A DNA stretch of 64,000 nt from an uncultured virus (IMG/VR IMGVR_UViG_3300047443_000138) (lineage: Duplodnaviria; Heunggongvirae; Uroviricota; Caudoviricetes): IMG/VR virus record IMGVR_UViG_3300047443_000138; one strand, 5' to 3'. A program made the translations under genes and the position numbers. The notes beneath the pieces were generated by a model, which was not told the DNA's origin, searched no databases, and saw nothing but the letters and a program-made list of their open reading frames with translations. Positions 9,113 through 17,724 of the stretch are shown one piece after another; the stretch's first letter is position 1; each line of letters opens with the position of its first letter.

Positions 9113-9567
9113 CGCTGCGCCCCCTCGGCAGCAGCGGCGGCGGCGCGCACGTGCGGCGGCTCGCAGTCCTGTGCGCCCGCAAGACGGGCCGTCGGGCACG
9201 GGTAGGGCACGAGGCCGTCCCCGCCCGCCGCAGCCGCGTCAGCGTCGATGCAGACGGGGCAGGGCCCCATCGGGGAGTCCTTGTGCAGGTGCCGGATCTG
9301 CTCCAGGACGTTGCGGAGGTGGCGGACCTCGGCCAGCAGCGCGGGTACGTCCTCGCGGGCATGCAGCACGAACGCCCGGTCCGCGTCAGCGGCTTCGCCG
9401 TCACCGAAGTTGAGGGTGCCGATGCCCTGCAAGTGGGAGCCACGGAGGTAGGCGTAGAAGTGCGGGCCGTAGCCCTCGTACAGCTCCCAGGGCCCGGAGG
9501 TGGCGGCGTCGGCGCGGGCCTCGATGTCGTCGAGCTGGTCCGTGGTGAGGGGCTTCTGGTTGGTCAT
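9109..9567 (-). CDS. Ead/Ea22-like phage protein
   Basis: EARADAATSGPW...DRAFVLHAREDVPALLAEV signature. Confidence 0.7.
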   Translation of the reverse strand: MTNQKPLTTDQLDDIEARADAATSGPWELYEGYGPHFYAYLRGSHLQGIGTLNFGDGEAADADRAFVLHAREDVPALLAEVRHLRNVLEQIRHLHKDSPMGPCPVCIDADAAAAGGDGLVPYPCPTARLAGAQDCEPPHVRAAAAAAEGAQR

Positions 9568-9688
9568 GGGGTTCCTTGTCTGGTGGGCGGTTCGCTGGGG
9601 TTTGTGCCTACTGCGGGCGGGCCTGTCGGCCGGGCTGGTGCGCGCCGTTTCCCCGGCCCGAGGGTCGGGCGGCAAACAACGGGCGAGG

Positions 9689-10786
9689 TCACGCGGCTTC
9701 GGTCGGGAACGCGTCGTGGGTACGGCCGTCCAGCTCGCGGCCGGCCTTGGCCTTGCCGACGCGGGCGAGTTCGACCCGGTGGCCGAGTTCGTCGACGGGA
9801 TCGCCGGCGAGGAGCGTGCCCTTGCTAGTGCCGCCGATGACGAGGTAGCCGGTCGGCGCGTACTCGCCGAACTGCTTGAAGAAGAACGGGACGTTGGCTG
9901 CATCGCACTGGTCGCGGAGGCTGGTCGCCCACTGGGGTGCCATGGGACGGGCGCCGCGGCCGGACTCGCCTCCGACGATCACCCAGCCGATCGGCTGGCC
10001 ATTCGGTCGCCCGTTGCCGGTGTGGCTGCCGGTCCAGTGGCCTTCGCGCCCGCAGTCGGGGCAGTGCTGCTCGAGCGGTCCGGCGTAGAAGCGGCGGCAG
10101 TCCGGTCCTTGGCAGCGCCAGGCGGCGTGTCCGCCCGGCATCCACGCGGTGAGGTCGACGGGCCCGAGGAGCGGCTCGCAGGACAGGAAGCGGACGGCGG
10201 CCGGGGTGTCGACGAGGGCGGGGATGCGGAGGTCTGCCCGCTTCTGGTCCTCGACCGAGACGCCCATCCAGACGTTGGGCAGGGGCCAGGCGGCGTTCCA
10301 GACCTGCTGTTCGGCGTCCTCGGGGACGCCGGGGATCCGGTCCGGGTTGGCCTTGGACACGGCCCAGGCCATGGCGGATCGGAAGTGGACGCCGGGAACG
10401 TGGCCGTTGCCGCAGGTGCACAGGTCGTTGAGCAGGGACCGCATCCGGCCGTGCCGCTTGGTCAGCACCTGGTAGGTGTGCTGCGGCGTCAACGCCATGA
10501 TCGCGAAGGTGCGGGCGATGTACTCGTCGGGGATGTCCTTGTGGAACAGGTCGGACATCGAGTTGACGAAGACGCGCTTCGGCTTCCGCCAGCGCAGCGG
10601 CAGCGTCAGCCGCTCGGGGCGGAGGGTGACGTCGAAGCCGGTCTCGAAGTGGTGGCCGGGGATGCCGCGCCACCTTTCGGCGAACGTCTCGGCGTAGCAG
10701 TTGTCGCAGCCGGGCGAAACCTTCTCGCATCCGGTGACGACGTTCCAGGTCGCGTCGGTCCATTCAATCTTGCTGGTGGTGGCCAT
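9689..10786 (-). CDS. DUF5131 / phage Gp37-Gp68 family protein
   Basis: SKIEWTDATWN..TGC.KVSPGC.NCYAE, FVNSMSDLFH, LTKR, SCEPLLG, WVIVGGESG, FFFKQ. Confidence 0.92.
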   Translation of the reverse strand: MATTSKIEWTDATWNVVTGCEKVSPGCDNCYAETFAERWRGIPGHHFETGFDVTLRPERLTLPLRWRKPKRVFVNSMSDLFHKDIPDEYIARTFAIMALTPQHTYQVLTKRHGRMRSLLNDLCTCGNGHVPGVHFRSAMAWAVSKANPDRIPGVPEDAEQQVWNAAWPLPNVWMGVSVEDQKRADLRIPALVDTPAAVRFLSCEPLLGPVDLTAWMPGGHAAWRCQGPDCRRFYAGPLEQHCPDCGREGHWTGSHTGNGRPNGQPIGWVIVGGESGRGARPMAPQWATSLRDQCDAANVPFFFKQFGEYAPTGYLVIGGTSKGTLLAGDPVDELGHRVELARVGKAKAGRELDGRTHDAFPTEAA

Positions 10787-11037
10787 CAGGCGACCTCTCC
10801 TTCGTGGTTGTGGTGCGAGGTTGGCGGGCAGTCGTTGCACGGCGGGGGTGTCGGCCCGGACGGGGCGGTACCGCAGGGCCAGGCGCCCTTGCGCGGGATG
10901 TGGTAGCCGGGCGGCTCTTCCTCGACTGCCGCCTCGGGCTCGGGTATTGGCTTGCCGGTGAGGTGCGCGAAGAGGGCGGCGAGGGTCCCCTCTTCGCGCA
11001 CCGCGGCCAGGTCCCCGGCCTTGAAGTGGCCGGTCAA
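10786..11037 (-). CDS. Hypothetical protein
   Basis: TTG start overlaps the dnaB stop; ends coupled to DUF5131. Confidence 0.55.
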   Translation of the reverse strand: MTGHFKAGDLAAVREEGTLAALFAHLTGKPIPEPEAAVEEEPPGYHIPRKGAWPCGTAPSGPTPPPCNDCPPTSHHNHEGEVA

Positions 11038-12365
11038 CTGACGGCCATGTCGCAAAAGCGGCTGTAATGCAGCTGCGCGGCCACGGTGATCTCGGCGGTA
11101 GGCCCGGCCCGGTGCTTGGCGACGATCAGGTCTGCCTCGCCGGAACGCGGCGACTCCTTGTCGTAGGCGTCTTCGCGGTGGACGAGGATGACGAGGTCGG
11201 CGTCCTGCTCCAGGGATCCGGACTCGCGGAGGTCGGCGAGCATGGGCCGCTTGTCGGTGCGCTGTTCGGGGCCGCGGTTGAGCTGGCACAGGACGATGAC
11301 GGGGACGTCGAGTTCCTTGGCCATGAGCTTGATCTGCCGGCTCATCTCGGAGACTTCCTGCTGCCGGTTCTCAGCCCGCCGCCCGGCGGAGCCGAGGAGC
11401 TGCAGGTAGTCGATGACGACGAGGGACAGCCCGGTGTTCTGCTTGATCTGGCGGCAGCGGGCTTTGATCTGGGTGACGGTGCGGTTGGGGGTGGCGTCGA
11501 TGGTGAGCGGCGCGGCGGCCAGCTTCTGGGCCTGGTTGGCGAAGGCCGCCCAGTCCTCGTCGGTCATCATTCCGCCACGGATCTTGTGGAGTCCGATGCG
11601 GGCTTCGGCGGAGATGATGCGGTGCTGGACTTCGCGGCGGGCCATCTCCAGGCTGAAGATCACCGAGGGGAAGCGGTAGCGGATGGAGCAGGCGCGGAGG
11701 ATGTCGACGCCGAGGGTGGATTTCCCGAGGCCGGGCCGCCCCGCAATGATGATCATCTGGCCGTTGTGGAGGCCGTGCGTCAGCGCATCGAGGTCCATGA
11801 ACCCGGTGGGCAGCCCGGCCGAACGGCCCTCGGCCTGAAGCTTCTCCAGCTCGACAACCACCTCGTCGAGGTCCTCACCGAGGAGCGCCGAGTCGGCTTC
11901 CTCGCGGGCCTGCGTCACCGCGTTGAGTTCAGCCTGCGCGGCGTCGGCCGCCTCGTGCGCTTCGCCTTCGCCGTTGTAGCCGATCTCGGTGATGCGGTGG
12001 CCGGCTTCGACGATGCGGCGGCGCATGGCGCAGTCGCGGACGATCTCGGCGTAGTACTCGGCGTTCGCCGCGGTGGGCACGGACTGGACGAGCTGGTTGA
12101 TGTAGGCGGAGCCGCCGACCTTGGCCAGGACGCCGATCTCCCGCAGGTAGTTGGAGACGGTGATCGGGTCGGCGGGCTCGTTCTTGCCGTACAGGTCGAC
12201 GACGGCACGGAACATGGTCTCGTGGGCGGGGCGGTAGAAGTCTTCGGCGTCGAGGACTTCGACGACTTCGGCGATGGCCCGCTTCGAGAGGAGCATTCCG
12301 CCGAGCACGCACTGCTCGGCTGCGGTGTCCTGCGGGGGGACTCGCTCGAAGGTCTCGTCTTCCAT
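11034..12365 (-). CDS. dnaB: Replicative DNA helicase
   Basis: PPQD..AEQ.VLGG, Walker A GRPGLGKS, IDYLQL, QLNR..EQR.DKRP.L.DLRESGSLEQDAD, KHRAGP. Confidence 0.97.
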   Translation of the reverse strand: MEDETFERVPPQDTAAEQCVLGGMLLSKRAIAEVVEVLDAEDFYRPAHETMFRAVVDLYGKNEPADPITVSNYLREIGVLAKVGGSAYINQLVQSVPTAANAEYYAEIVRDCAMRRRIVEAGHRITEIGYNGEGEAHEAADAAQAELNAVTQAREEADSALLGEDLDEVVVELEKLQAEGRSAGLPTGFMDLDALTHGLHNGQMIIIAGRPGLGKSTLGVDILRACSIRYRFPSVIFSLEMARREVQHRIISAEARIGLHKIRGGMMTDEDWAAFANQAQKLAAAPLTIDATPNRTVTQIKARCRQIKQNTGLSLVVIDYLQLLGSAGRRAENRQQEVSEMSRQIKLMAKELDVPVIVLCQLNRGPEQRTDKRPMLADLRESGSLEQDADLVILVHREDAYDKESPRSGEADLIVAKHRAGPTAEITVAAQLHYSRFCDMAVS

Positions 12366-12381
12366 GGGTTCTCCGTTCGGG

Positions 12382-13326
12382 TCAGGCCGCGTGGGCGGTC
12401 TGGGATGGATGGCACTTGGGGCAAGGCCGGGCGTGGCCGTGGTCGTCGTAGACCAGGCGGAGGCGGCCTTCGCGCTCGGCGGCCTTGGATCCGTCGGCGC
12501 ATTCGCCGCACCACGGCGGCAGCGGGCCGGAGGACTTACGGGGCGCGGGCTTGATCCGCCGTGGAAGGTCTTTGATCCGGATCCGCAGGACGGGCGGATA
12601 GCTGGTGATCCCGCCGGGGCGCTCGGTGAGCTTGGCGACGAGGTCCGCATCGAGATCCCAGCCCTGGCTGTCGATCATCTTGATCAGGTCGGGGGCTGTG
12701 GCTCGGGCCGAGACCGGGCCGACGGTCCAAGGCGCCGGGAGCGTTTCGAGAAAAGCGGCAGCAGCGGTGAGGCGGTCCTCGTGTTGCTGTCGCCCTCCGG
12801 CAACCCCGTCCTCGGGGGCGAAGGGAGTCGAGCCGTTGAGGGGAGGGGTTTTGAGGAGAGGTGAGGAGACTGGGTCCCCCTGTGGGGGGAGCTCTTGGCC
12901 CCTGTGGGGGGAGCTCTGGGGCTCAGTGCTCCCCCCGGCGGGAGACCTCTCCGTTGAGAGCTCCCCCCACAGGGGGACCTCTCGTGCGGTGAACTCTTTC
13001 TCCTCGGGAATCCGGAATGTGAGCTTGTGTCCCTCGAAGGCGTAGAGCGGGCGCCCGGCCTTGTTGCGGACGATCTCCCCGTCCTTGTTGCGAGCCGGGA
13101 CGCGCAGCTCGATTCCGCTCGCGGCGAGCTTGCCGAGCACCTTGCCGACCTGCTTCTGGTTGGCAAGCCCGGAGCGGTGGACGACGACGTCGAGAAGTTT
13201 CGCCCCGTAGGCGAGACGCGTCTTCTCGTTCGCCTGGTCGGCGATCTCTAGCGCTACCAGCCGCTCCCCGGAGGTGAGGTCAGCGGGGAGGCGGTCGGCG
13301 AGCCAACGCCGCAGCTGGTACCCCAT
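12382..13326 (-). CDS. Phage replication initiator (lambda O-like)
   Basis: N-terminal wHTH-like region (ERLVALEIADQAN), central iteron-containing linker, C-terminal CxxC...CxxCH; directly upstream of dnaB. Confidence 0.75.
   Translation of the reverse strand: MGYQLRRWLADRLPADLTSGERLVALEIADQANEKTRLAYGAKLLDVVVHRSGLANQKQVGKVLGKLAASGIELRVPARNKDGEIVRNKAGRPLYAFEGHKLTFRIPEEKEFTAREVPLWGELSTERSPAGGSTEPQSSPHRGQELPPQGDPVSSPLLKTPPLNGSTPFAPEDGVAGGRQQHEDRLTAAAAFLETLPAPWTVGPVSARATAPDLIKMIDSQGWDLDADLVAKLTERPGGITSYPPVLRIRIKDLPRRIKPAPRKSSGPLPPWCGECADGSKAAEREGRLRLVYDDHGHARPCPKCHPSQTAHAA
12877..12979. repeat. Iterons / putative replication origin
   Basis: CCCCTGTGGGGGGAGCTCT at 12877-12895 and 12899-12917, exact inverted copy at 12957-12975, degenerate copy near 12928-12947. 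Confidence 0.75.
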
Positions 13327-13400
13327 CAGTCCGCCACCGTTCGCGGCATGGCGTCCTCGCCCGCGGCGGTATTCACCGAGTGCTTGGGGTTGGAGATCAC
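13326..13400 (-). CDS. 24-aa leader ORF coupled to the replication initiator
   Basis: GAGAGAAGGA RBS, GTG 13400, MISNPKHSVNTAAGEDAMPRTVAD, TGA overlaps the initiator ATG (TGATG). Confidence 0.5.
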   Translation of the reverse strand: MISNPKHSVNTAAGEDAMPRTVAD

Positions 13401-13511
13401 GCGATTCCTTCTCTCGGGGGTTCGTGCTGGTCCGTAGGCATGAAGGCGTGCGTGACCTATGGCGGCACACGGCCCCGATCACCGTGGTTCGCATGGGTCG
13501 ATCCTACCTCA

Positions 13512-13549
13512 AGGTGCCCATCGCAGCGATGGGCATTTGATGGGCACCT
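13512..13549. promoter_or_regulatory. Palindromic operator cluster
   Basis: AGGTGCCCATC...GATGGGCACCT with a nested TGCCCATCGC-A-GCGATGGGCA. Confidence 0.6.
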
Positions 13550-13597
13550 AGACGCCAGAGGGTGCCCGTCGGTTGCACGGTCAGCTACGCTGTGCAC

Positions 13598-13774
13598 ATG
13601 ACGACGAAGGGAACGACCGGACGCGTGGTCCGCGTCGACAAGGAGACGTGGGACGCCTACGCCGAGGTGTGCGCAGCCAAGGGCCTGTCGCGCGCCGCCG
13701 ACCTGCGCGTCTACATCAACCGCGAGATCGCCGCGCACAAGCGCCGGCTTCGCGAGGCTGCAGCTTCCGACTGA
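13598..13774 (+). CDS. Ribbon-helix-helix DNA-binding protein
   Basis: RVVRVDKETWDAY...C...GLSRAADLRVYI pattern; TACGCT -10 box 6 nt before the ATG (leaderless). Confidence 0.75.
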   Translation: MTTKGTTGRVVRVDKETWDAYAEVCAAKGLSRAADLRVYINREIAAHKRRLREAAASD

Positions 13775-13843
13775 CGTCACGTCCTCCTCCTTCCTCCGGC
13801 CCCGCCTGTACGGCGGGGCTTCGTCGTGTGCGGTTGCTGCGGG

Positions 13844-14290
13844 TTAGGGCCCGGCGCGCCCTGTCAGCGTTTCCGGTGCCGGCGTTCTGCTGGTAGATCT
13901 GCTGGGGCTCATATCGGGGGTCATTCGCGGGGTCCTTTTCGACCCGCGCCTATCGCCGTTCTGTCCGCGTTTCGGGCGGCTTTGGCGGGGTGTCCCGCGG
14001 TCGCGATCCGACTGAATGACCCTCGTTATGAGCCCTGTCGTGGGCCGGGCGCGGGTGATCAACGCTTCCGGTTTTCGGGTGGCACCGATACGCCAAACGG
14101 TGGCCACTTCGTCGCCACTTTGGGGTCGTTGGGCGCCGAAGCGGGCACGCGATGTGTGCGCTTTCGCCCCCGTCTGCGACATGCGATGAGCCGGGCCGCC
14201 CGCGGGAAGTGGCCGTGAAATGGCCACCGTTTGGCGTTGTGGTGCCACGCCCGGGGTGGTAGCGGCTCGCGGCCGGCGGTAGGCGGTCAT
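13844..14290 (-). CDS. Doubtful basic hypothetical protein
   Basis: ATG coupled to the stop of the displaced MTase tail; low-complexity product. Confidence 0.35.
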   Translation of the reverse strand: MTAYRRPRAATTPGVAPQRQTVAISRPLPAGGPAHRMSQTGAKAHTSRARFGAQRPQSGDEVATVWRIGATRKPEALITRARPTTGLITRVIQSDRDRGTPRQSRPKRGQNGDRRGSKRTPRMTPDMSPSRSTSRTPAPETLTGRAGP

Positions 14291-14349
14291 GCGGCGACCG
14301 CCAGCTCGGGTGCGGTGTGCCGCTCGATGTCCTGGCCGGTGATGGCGTC
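14287..14349 (-). pseudogene. Displaced original 3' end of the C5 methyltransferase gene
   Basis: Translates DAITGQDIERHTAPELAVAA*, against the MTase C-terminus EAITGEEMERHSQPDLAVAA*. Confidence 0.8.
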
Positions 14350-14941
14350 AGCGCACATGGGCCCACCCGTGGCCATTGGCGAGTCGGGTGATCAATGTGC
14401 GGCTCACGCCGTACTCGCCAGCGAGGACTCGGTGCAGGTCGCCAGCCGCAGCACGGGCCCGTATCTCCGCGACCTGCGACTCGGTCAACTTGCTCGTCCC
14501 GCTCCGGCTCCCGCGCGCCTGGCGTTCCCGGCTGACCATGTCGGCCGCGTTGTCGGCGTTTGTGCCGACGGAAAGGTGTGCGGGGTTCACGCACGGCGGG
14601 TTGTCGCAAGAGTGCCTGATCAGCATTCCCTCGACGTCTACGCCGGCGAGCATCAGCGACACGCGATGCGCCTTGACCGTGGGCCCCGAGCTCTTGCCCT
14701 CGGGGCGCATCACGCCGTAGCCGTGCTCGTTCGTGGCTTTGGTCCACGGCCAGCAGTCATCGGGGCCTCGGCGGTCGACCTTGTCCCAGAAGCGGTCTGC
14801 GAGCGTCTTCTTCGGCGGGTCGTCAGTGGTGCCAGTGCGCTTCATCCGCTGGTCGTGCGTATCGCACAGACCGTTCCGGCGATGCGGGCGACCGCAGCTC
14901 TCTACGGAGCACGGGCCGCCCGAGCCTCGGACCCCCCTCAC
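14348..14941 (-). CDS. Free-standing HNH homing endonuclease
   Basis: RFWDKV..CWPW...GYG...AHRVS...RHSCDNPPCVNPAHL..GT.ADN; C-terminal SKLTE..V.EIR HTH. Confidence 0.92.
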   Translation of the reverse strand: MRGVRGSGGPCSVESCGRPHRRNGLCDTHDQRMKRTGTTDDPPKKTLADRFWDKVDRRGPDDCWPWTKATNEHGYGVMRPEGKSSGPTVKAHRVSLMLAGVDVEGMLIRHSCDNPPCVNPAHLSVGTNADNAADMVSRERQARGSRSGTSKLTESQVAEIRARAAAGDLHRVLAGEYGVSRTLITRLANGHGWAHVR

Positions 14942-17724
14942 GCCGCCACCGCCAGGTCCGGCTGCGAGTGGCGTTCCATCTCTTCGCCGGTGATTGCTTC
15001 AACGAGCGCACAGACGATGATCTCTGCGGCAGGCGGGGTAACAGCGTTCCCATATTGGCGGACGCGCTCCCGCTTGGACCCGAGGACGATGTACTGGTCG
15101 GCGAAGCTCATGGCCCGGCCGATCTCGTGGGGCTCGAGCATCCGGAACAAGACGTCGTCGATGTCCACGTCGCCCTGGACGAGGGCGTACCGGTCGCGGG
15201 TGGAGAGCGTGCCGACGGGTTCGCGGACCGTCTTCGCCGTCCCGTTGCCGTAGTACGGCACGAGCAGGTGCTCCCACGTCACGAGCGACTGGTGGCCGGC
15301 CGTGGTCATGGTGCGGAAGTACTCGGCAGCGGTCGTGCAGTGCTCTCCGCCGTCGCCGGTGCTTCCGTTGTTCCGCATCACGAACGCCGGGACGTTCGGG
15401 GTGACGAGGCCGTGGTGGTTGCCGTTTGCGGACACGGTGCCGAGCGCCTCGTGGATGGAGCGTCCGCGGAGCTGGTCGCCGCCGCCGCGCATGGTCACCA
15501 TGAACGGAAGCCAGGCGAGCCCGGTCTCGTTCCGTGCGGTCTGGGTGCGGAGCGGGGCGTGCGCGGAGGCGGGTTCCTTGCCGTCGCGTCCTTCGACCGG
15601 GATCAGGAGGGGCGGGACGGCGAGCCCGTCGTTCTCCCTGGTGGTGCGGGTGGCCATGGGGTCGGTGACCGGGGTGGCGTCGTTGCGCCATGTTCCGCCC
15701 GCGGGGACCATCATCGGCCGGGCGAACTTGTCGAGGCCGGCCTGGATGCGGGCGAGGGTTTTGTCGGCGAGCGGCTTCGTCCGGTCCCCGATGCGCTGCC
15801 CGGCGATCGTCCAGTCGATGGCGACGGCGGCGGGCAGTGTCTCGGGTTCGACGATCTGGTTGCGGCAGGCCACGTTCGGGCACCTGTAAACGTATTGCTG
15901 GCGGTAGCGGCCCATGTCGCGTCCGGGCTGCTTGAACCGCTGCACAGCCTGCACCCACGTGTCGCAGCCCGTGCACCAGGCGCGTGGCCGCAACCACTTG
16001 TCCCAGTCCGGCGTCCGGCCCAACGACTTGTGCCAGTACGCCACGTACAGGCGATCCCGGCTCTGCGGCGCCTTGTGTACGGTCCGTGGGTCCGCATGCA
16101 TCGAGTTCAGGGCGATGACGCGGGTCTCGTACCCGAGCTTCCGGATCTCGCCGATCCAGCGGTCCCACTGGTCCCAGGCCCGCACGTCGACGACGTTCTC
16201 GACGACGCCCGCCTTGACGAGGCCGCCCCGCTGCTGAACGCCACGCAGGTACATGGGGACTTCCTCCATCAGCGCGCGGGAGCGTTCGACTTCCTCGGAC
16301 GGGCCGAACCCGTCAAACAGGTCGCCCTGGAGGGAGGCGTCGAAGTCACGCTTCTTGCCGCGGGCGTTGGACCACTGCGGGCATTCCGGGGAGGCCCAGA
16401 AGATGTCGGTGACGGGCCACTTGTCGACGGGCGCTTCGCGGATGTCGCCGCGGTAGTGGTCGACCTCCGGGAAGTTCGCGGCGTGCGACTCGATCGCCCG
16501 CTCCCAGTGATTCGCCGCCCGCTCCATCCGGACGCCGGGGATCGAGTGCATGCCCTGGGAGGAGCCGCCCGCACCGCAGTTCCCCGTCCAGTGCACCAGG
16601 CCGTTGCGACGGCACAGCCAAGTGCCGTGCTCGACGGTGGGGCACCACACGATGCCGCTGTAGGTGGTCCACTCGGCGACCGCCTGGCGGAGCGGCTTGG
16701 CGGTGACCCTCTCCAGGAGCGACACCCGCCACATCGGGTAGGCCGCGCCCTTGTGTTGCATCTCCCACCGGTGGATCGATGTCGCCCGCCCGGCGAGGAT
16801 GGCAGCGAACTGGAATCCTTCGGCCCGGTCCTGCCTGTTTTGCGAGAGGGACGAGTCCCTCGCGCCGTTCCGCACGCGGGTAGTCCCGTCGGCGAGCATC
16901 GACGCTTCCACGAGCAAGTCGAGCTGATCAGCTGTGAGCGTCAGCAGCCAGGCCGGATCCAGGACATGGTCCGGTGCGGCGGCGACGATGGGGGCTGCGG
17001 CTGCGACGTTGAGGCGCCAGTACCTGGTCCCCTCATAGTCGGCGACGTTCCAGGCCGGCTGTCCGGCCCGGCGTCCGGTCCGCCCCATGGGCGACCCGTA
17101 GAGCGCAGTCAGCGCCTGCTCGATCCGCTCGCACTTCCCGGGGTTCACCGACGGCGACTGCGAGAGGTGGATCCCGCCGTTCGCCCGGTAGCTTCCCTCG
17201 GTCCACGCCCATCCGACGAGCTCGACGAGCGCGTCATCGTGGCTGCGGTTCTCCGGGTACGCGAAGGGGGCACTGCGGACGACCGACGAATCCACGGTGA
17301 GCTGGTCGGAAGTACGGATCTGCCAATCGAGCCGACGCCCAGAGGGAGTAGCGACTCGCTGCTGGACTGGCCAGCGGTGGCCGACTGTCACCAGTGCCGA
17401 GAGGGCCTTGCCCTCGACCTTCAGCATCTTCTCGTCGGTCAGGTCGAAGATATTCATCTTCTGGACCGGCACCCAGCGCGCCACTCCGTCGTCTGTGCTG
17501 AGACTGGCGACCAGGTCTCCGACCGCGACCTGGTCGTAGCGCCGCCATCCACGGGCCGTAAGGATCTCGGTCTCCGTGTCCGCGCAGAACCAGTCCATGA
17601 CGGTGAGGTCGCCGTCCGTGGTCCATCCAGCGGCCCGTCGACGGTCTTCGGCTTGCCGAAGGAACTCCTCCGCCTGCCGCGGGGACATGTCGTACAGGTG
17701 GGGCACGTTGCCGTTGCGGTCCAT
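14938..17724 (-). CDS. DNA (cytosine-5) methyltransferase, intein-containing
   Basis: Motif I DWF|CGAGG after intein removal, motif IV SPEC, ENV, QSRDR, GNAV. Confidence 0.92.
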   Translation of the reverse strand: MDRNGNVPHLYDMSPRQAEEFLRQAEDRRRAAGWTTDGDLTVMDWFCADTETEILTARGWRRYDQVAVGDLVASLSTDDGVARWVPVQKMNIFDLTDEKMLKVEGKALSALVTVGHRWPVQQRVATPSGRRLDWQIRTSDQLTVDSSVVRSAPFAYPENRSHDDALVELVGWAWTEGSYRANGGIHLSQSPSVNPGKCERIEQALTALYGSPMGRTGRRAGQPAWNVADYEGTRYWRLNVAAAAPIVAAAPDHVLDPAWLLTLTADQLDLLVEASMLADGTTRVRNGARDSSLSQNRQDRAEGFQFAAILAGRATSIHRWEMQHKGAAYPMWRVSLLERVTAKPLRQAVAEWTTYSGIVWCPTVEHGTWLCRRNGLVHWTGNCGAGGSSQGMHSIPGVRMERAANHWERAIESHAANFPEVDHYRGDIREAPVDKWPVTDIFWASPECPQWSNARGKKRDFDASLQGDLFDGFGPSEEVERSRALMEEVPMYLRGVQQRGGLVKAGVVENVVDVRAWDQWDRWIGEIRKLGYETRVIALNSMHADPRTVHKAPQSRDRLYVAYWHKSLGRTPDWDKWLRPRAWCTGCDTWVQAVQRFKQPGRDMGRYRQQYVYRCPNVACRNQIVEPETLPAAVAIDWTIAGQRIGDRTKPLADKTLARIQAGLDKFARPMMVPAGGTWRNDATPVTDPMATRTTRENDGLAVPPLLIPVEGRDGKEPASAHAPLRTQTARNETGLAWLPFMVTMRGGGDQLRGRSIHEALGTVSANGNHHGLVTPNVPAFVMRNNGSTGDGGEHCTTAAEYFRTMTTAGHQSLVTWEHLLVPYYGNGTAKTVREPVGTLSTRDRYALVQGDVDIDDVLFRMLEPHEIGRAMSFADQYIVLGSKRERVRQYGNAVTPPAAEIIVCALVEAITGEEMERHSQPDLAVAA
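16579..17586 (-). mobile_element. Intein (336 aa) with LAGLIDADG-like core
   Basis: Starts CADTETEILTARGW, block B VTVGHRW, LVGWAWTEG and LADG motifs, ends VWCPTV...WTGN followed by extein Cys. Confidence 0.92.

Noticed and set aside
11034..12365. Intein in DnaB or TerL
   Set aside because: Both have normal length and contiguous motifs
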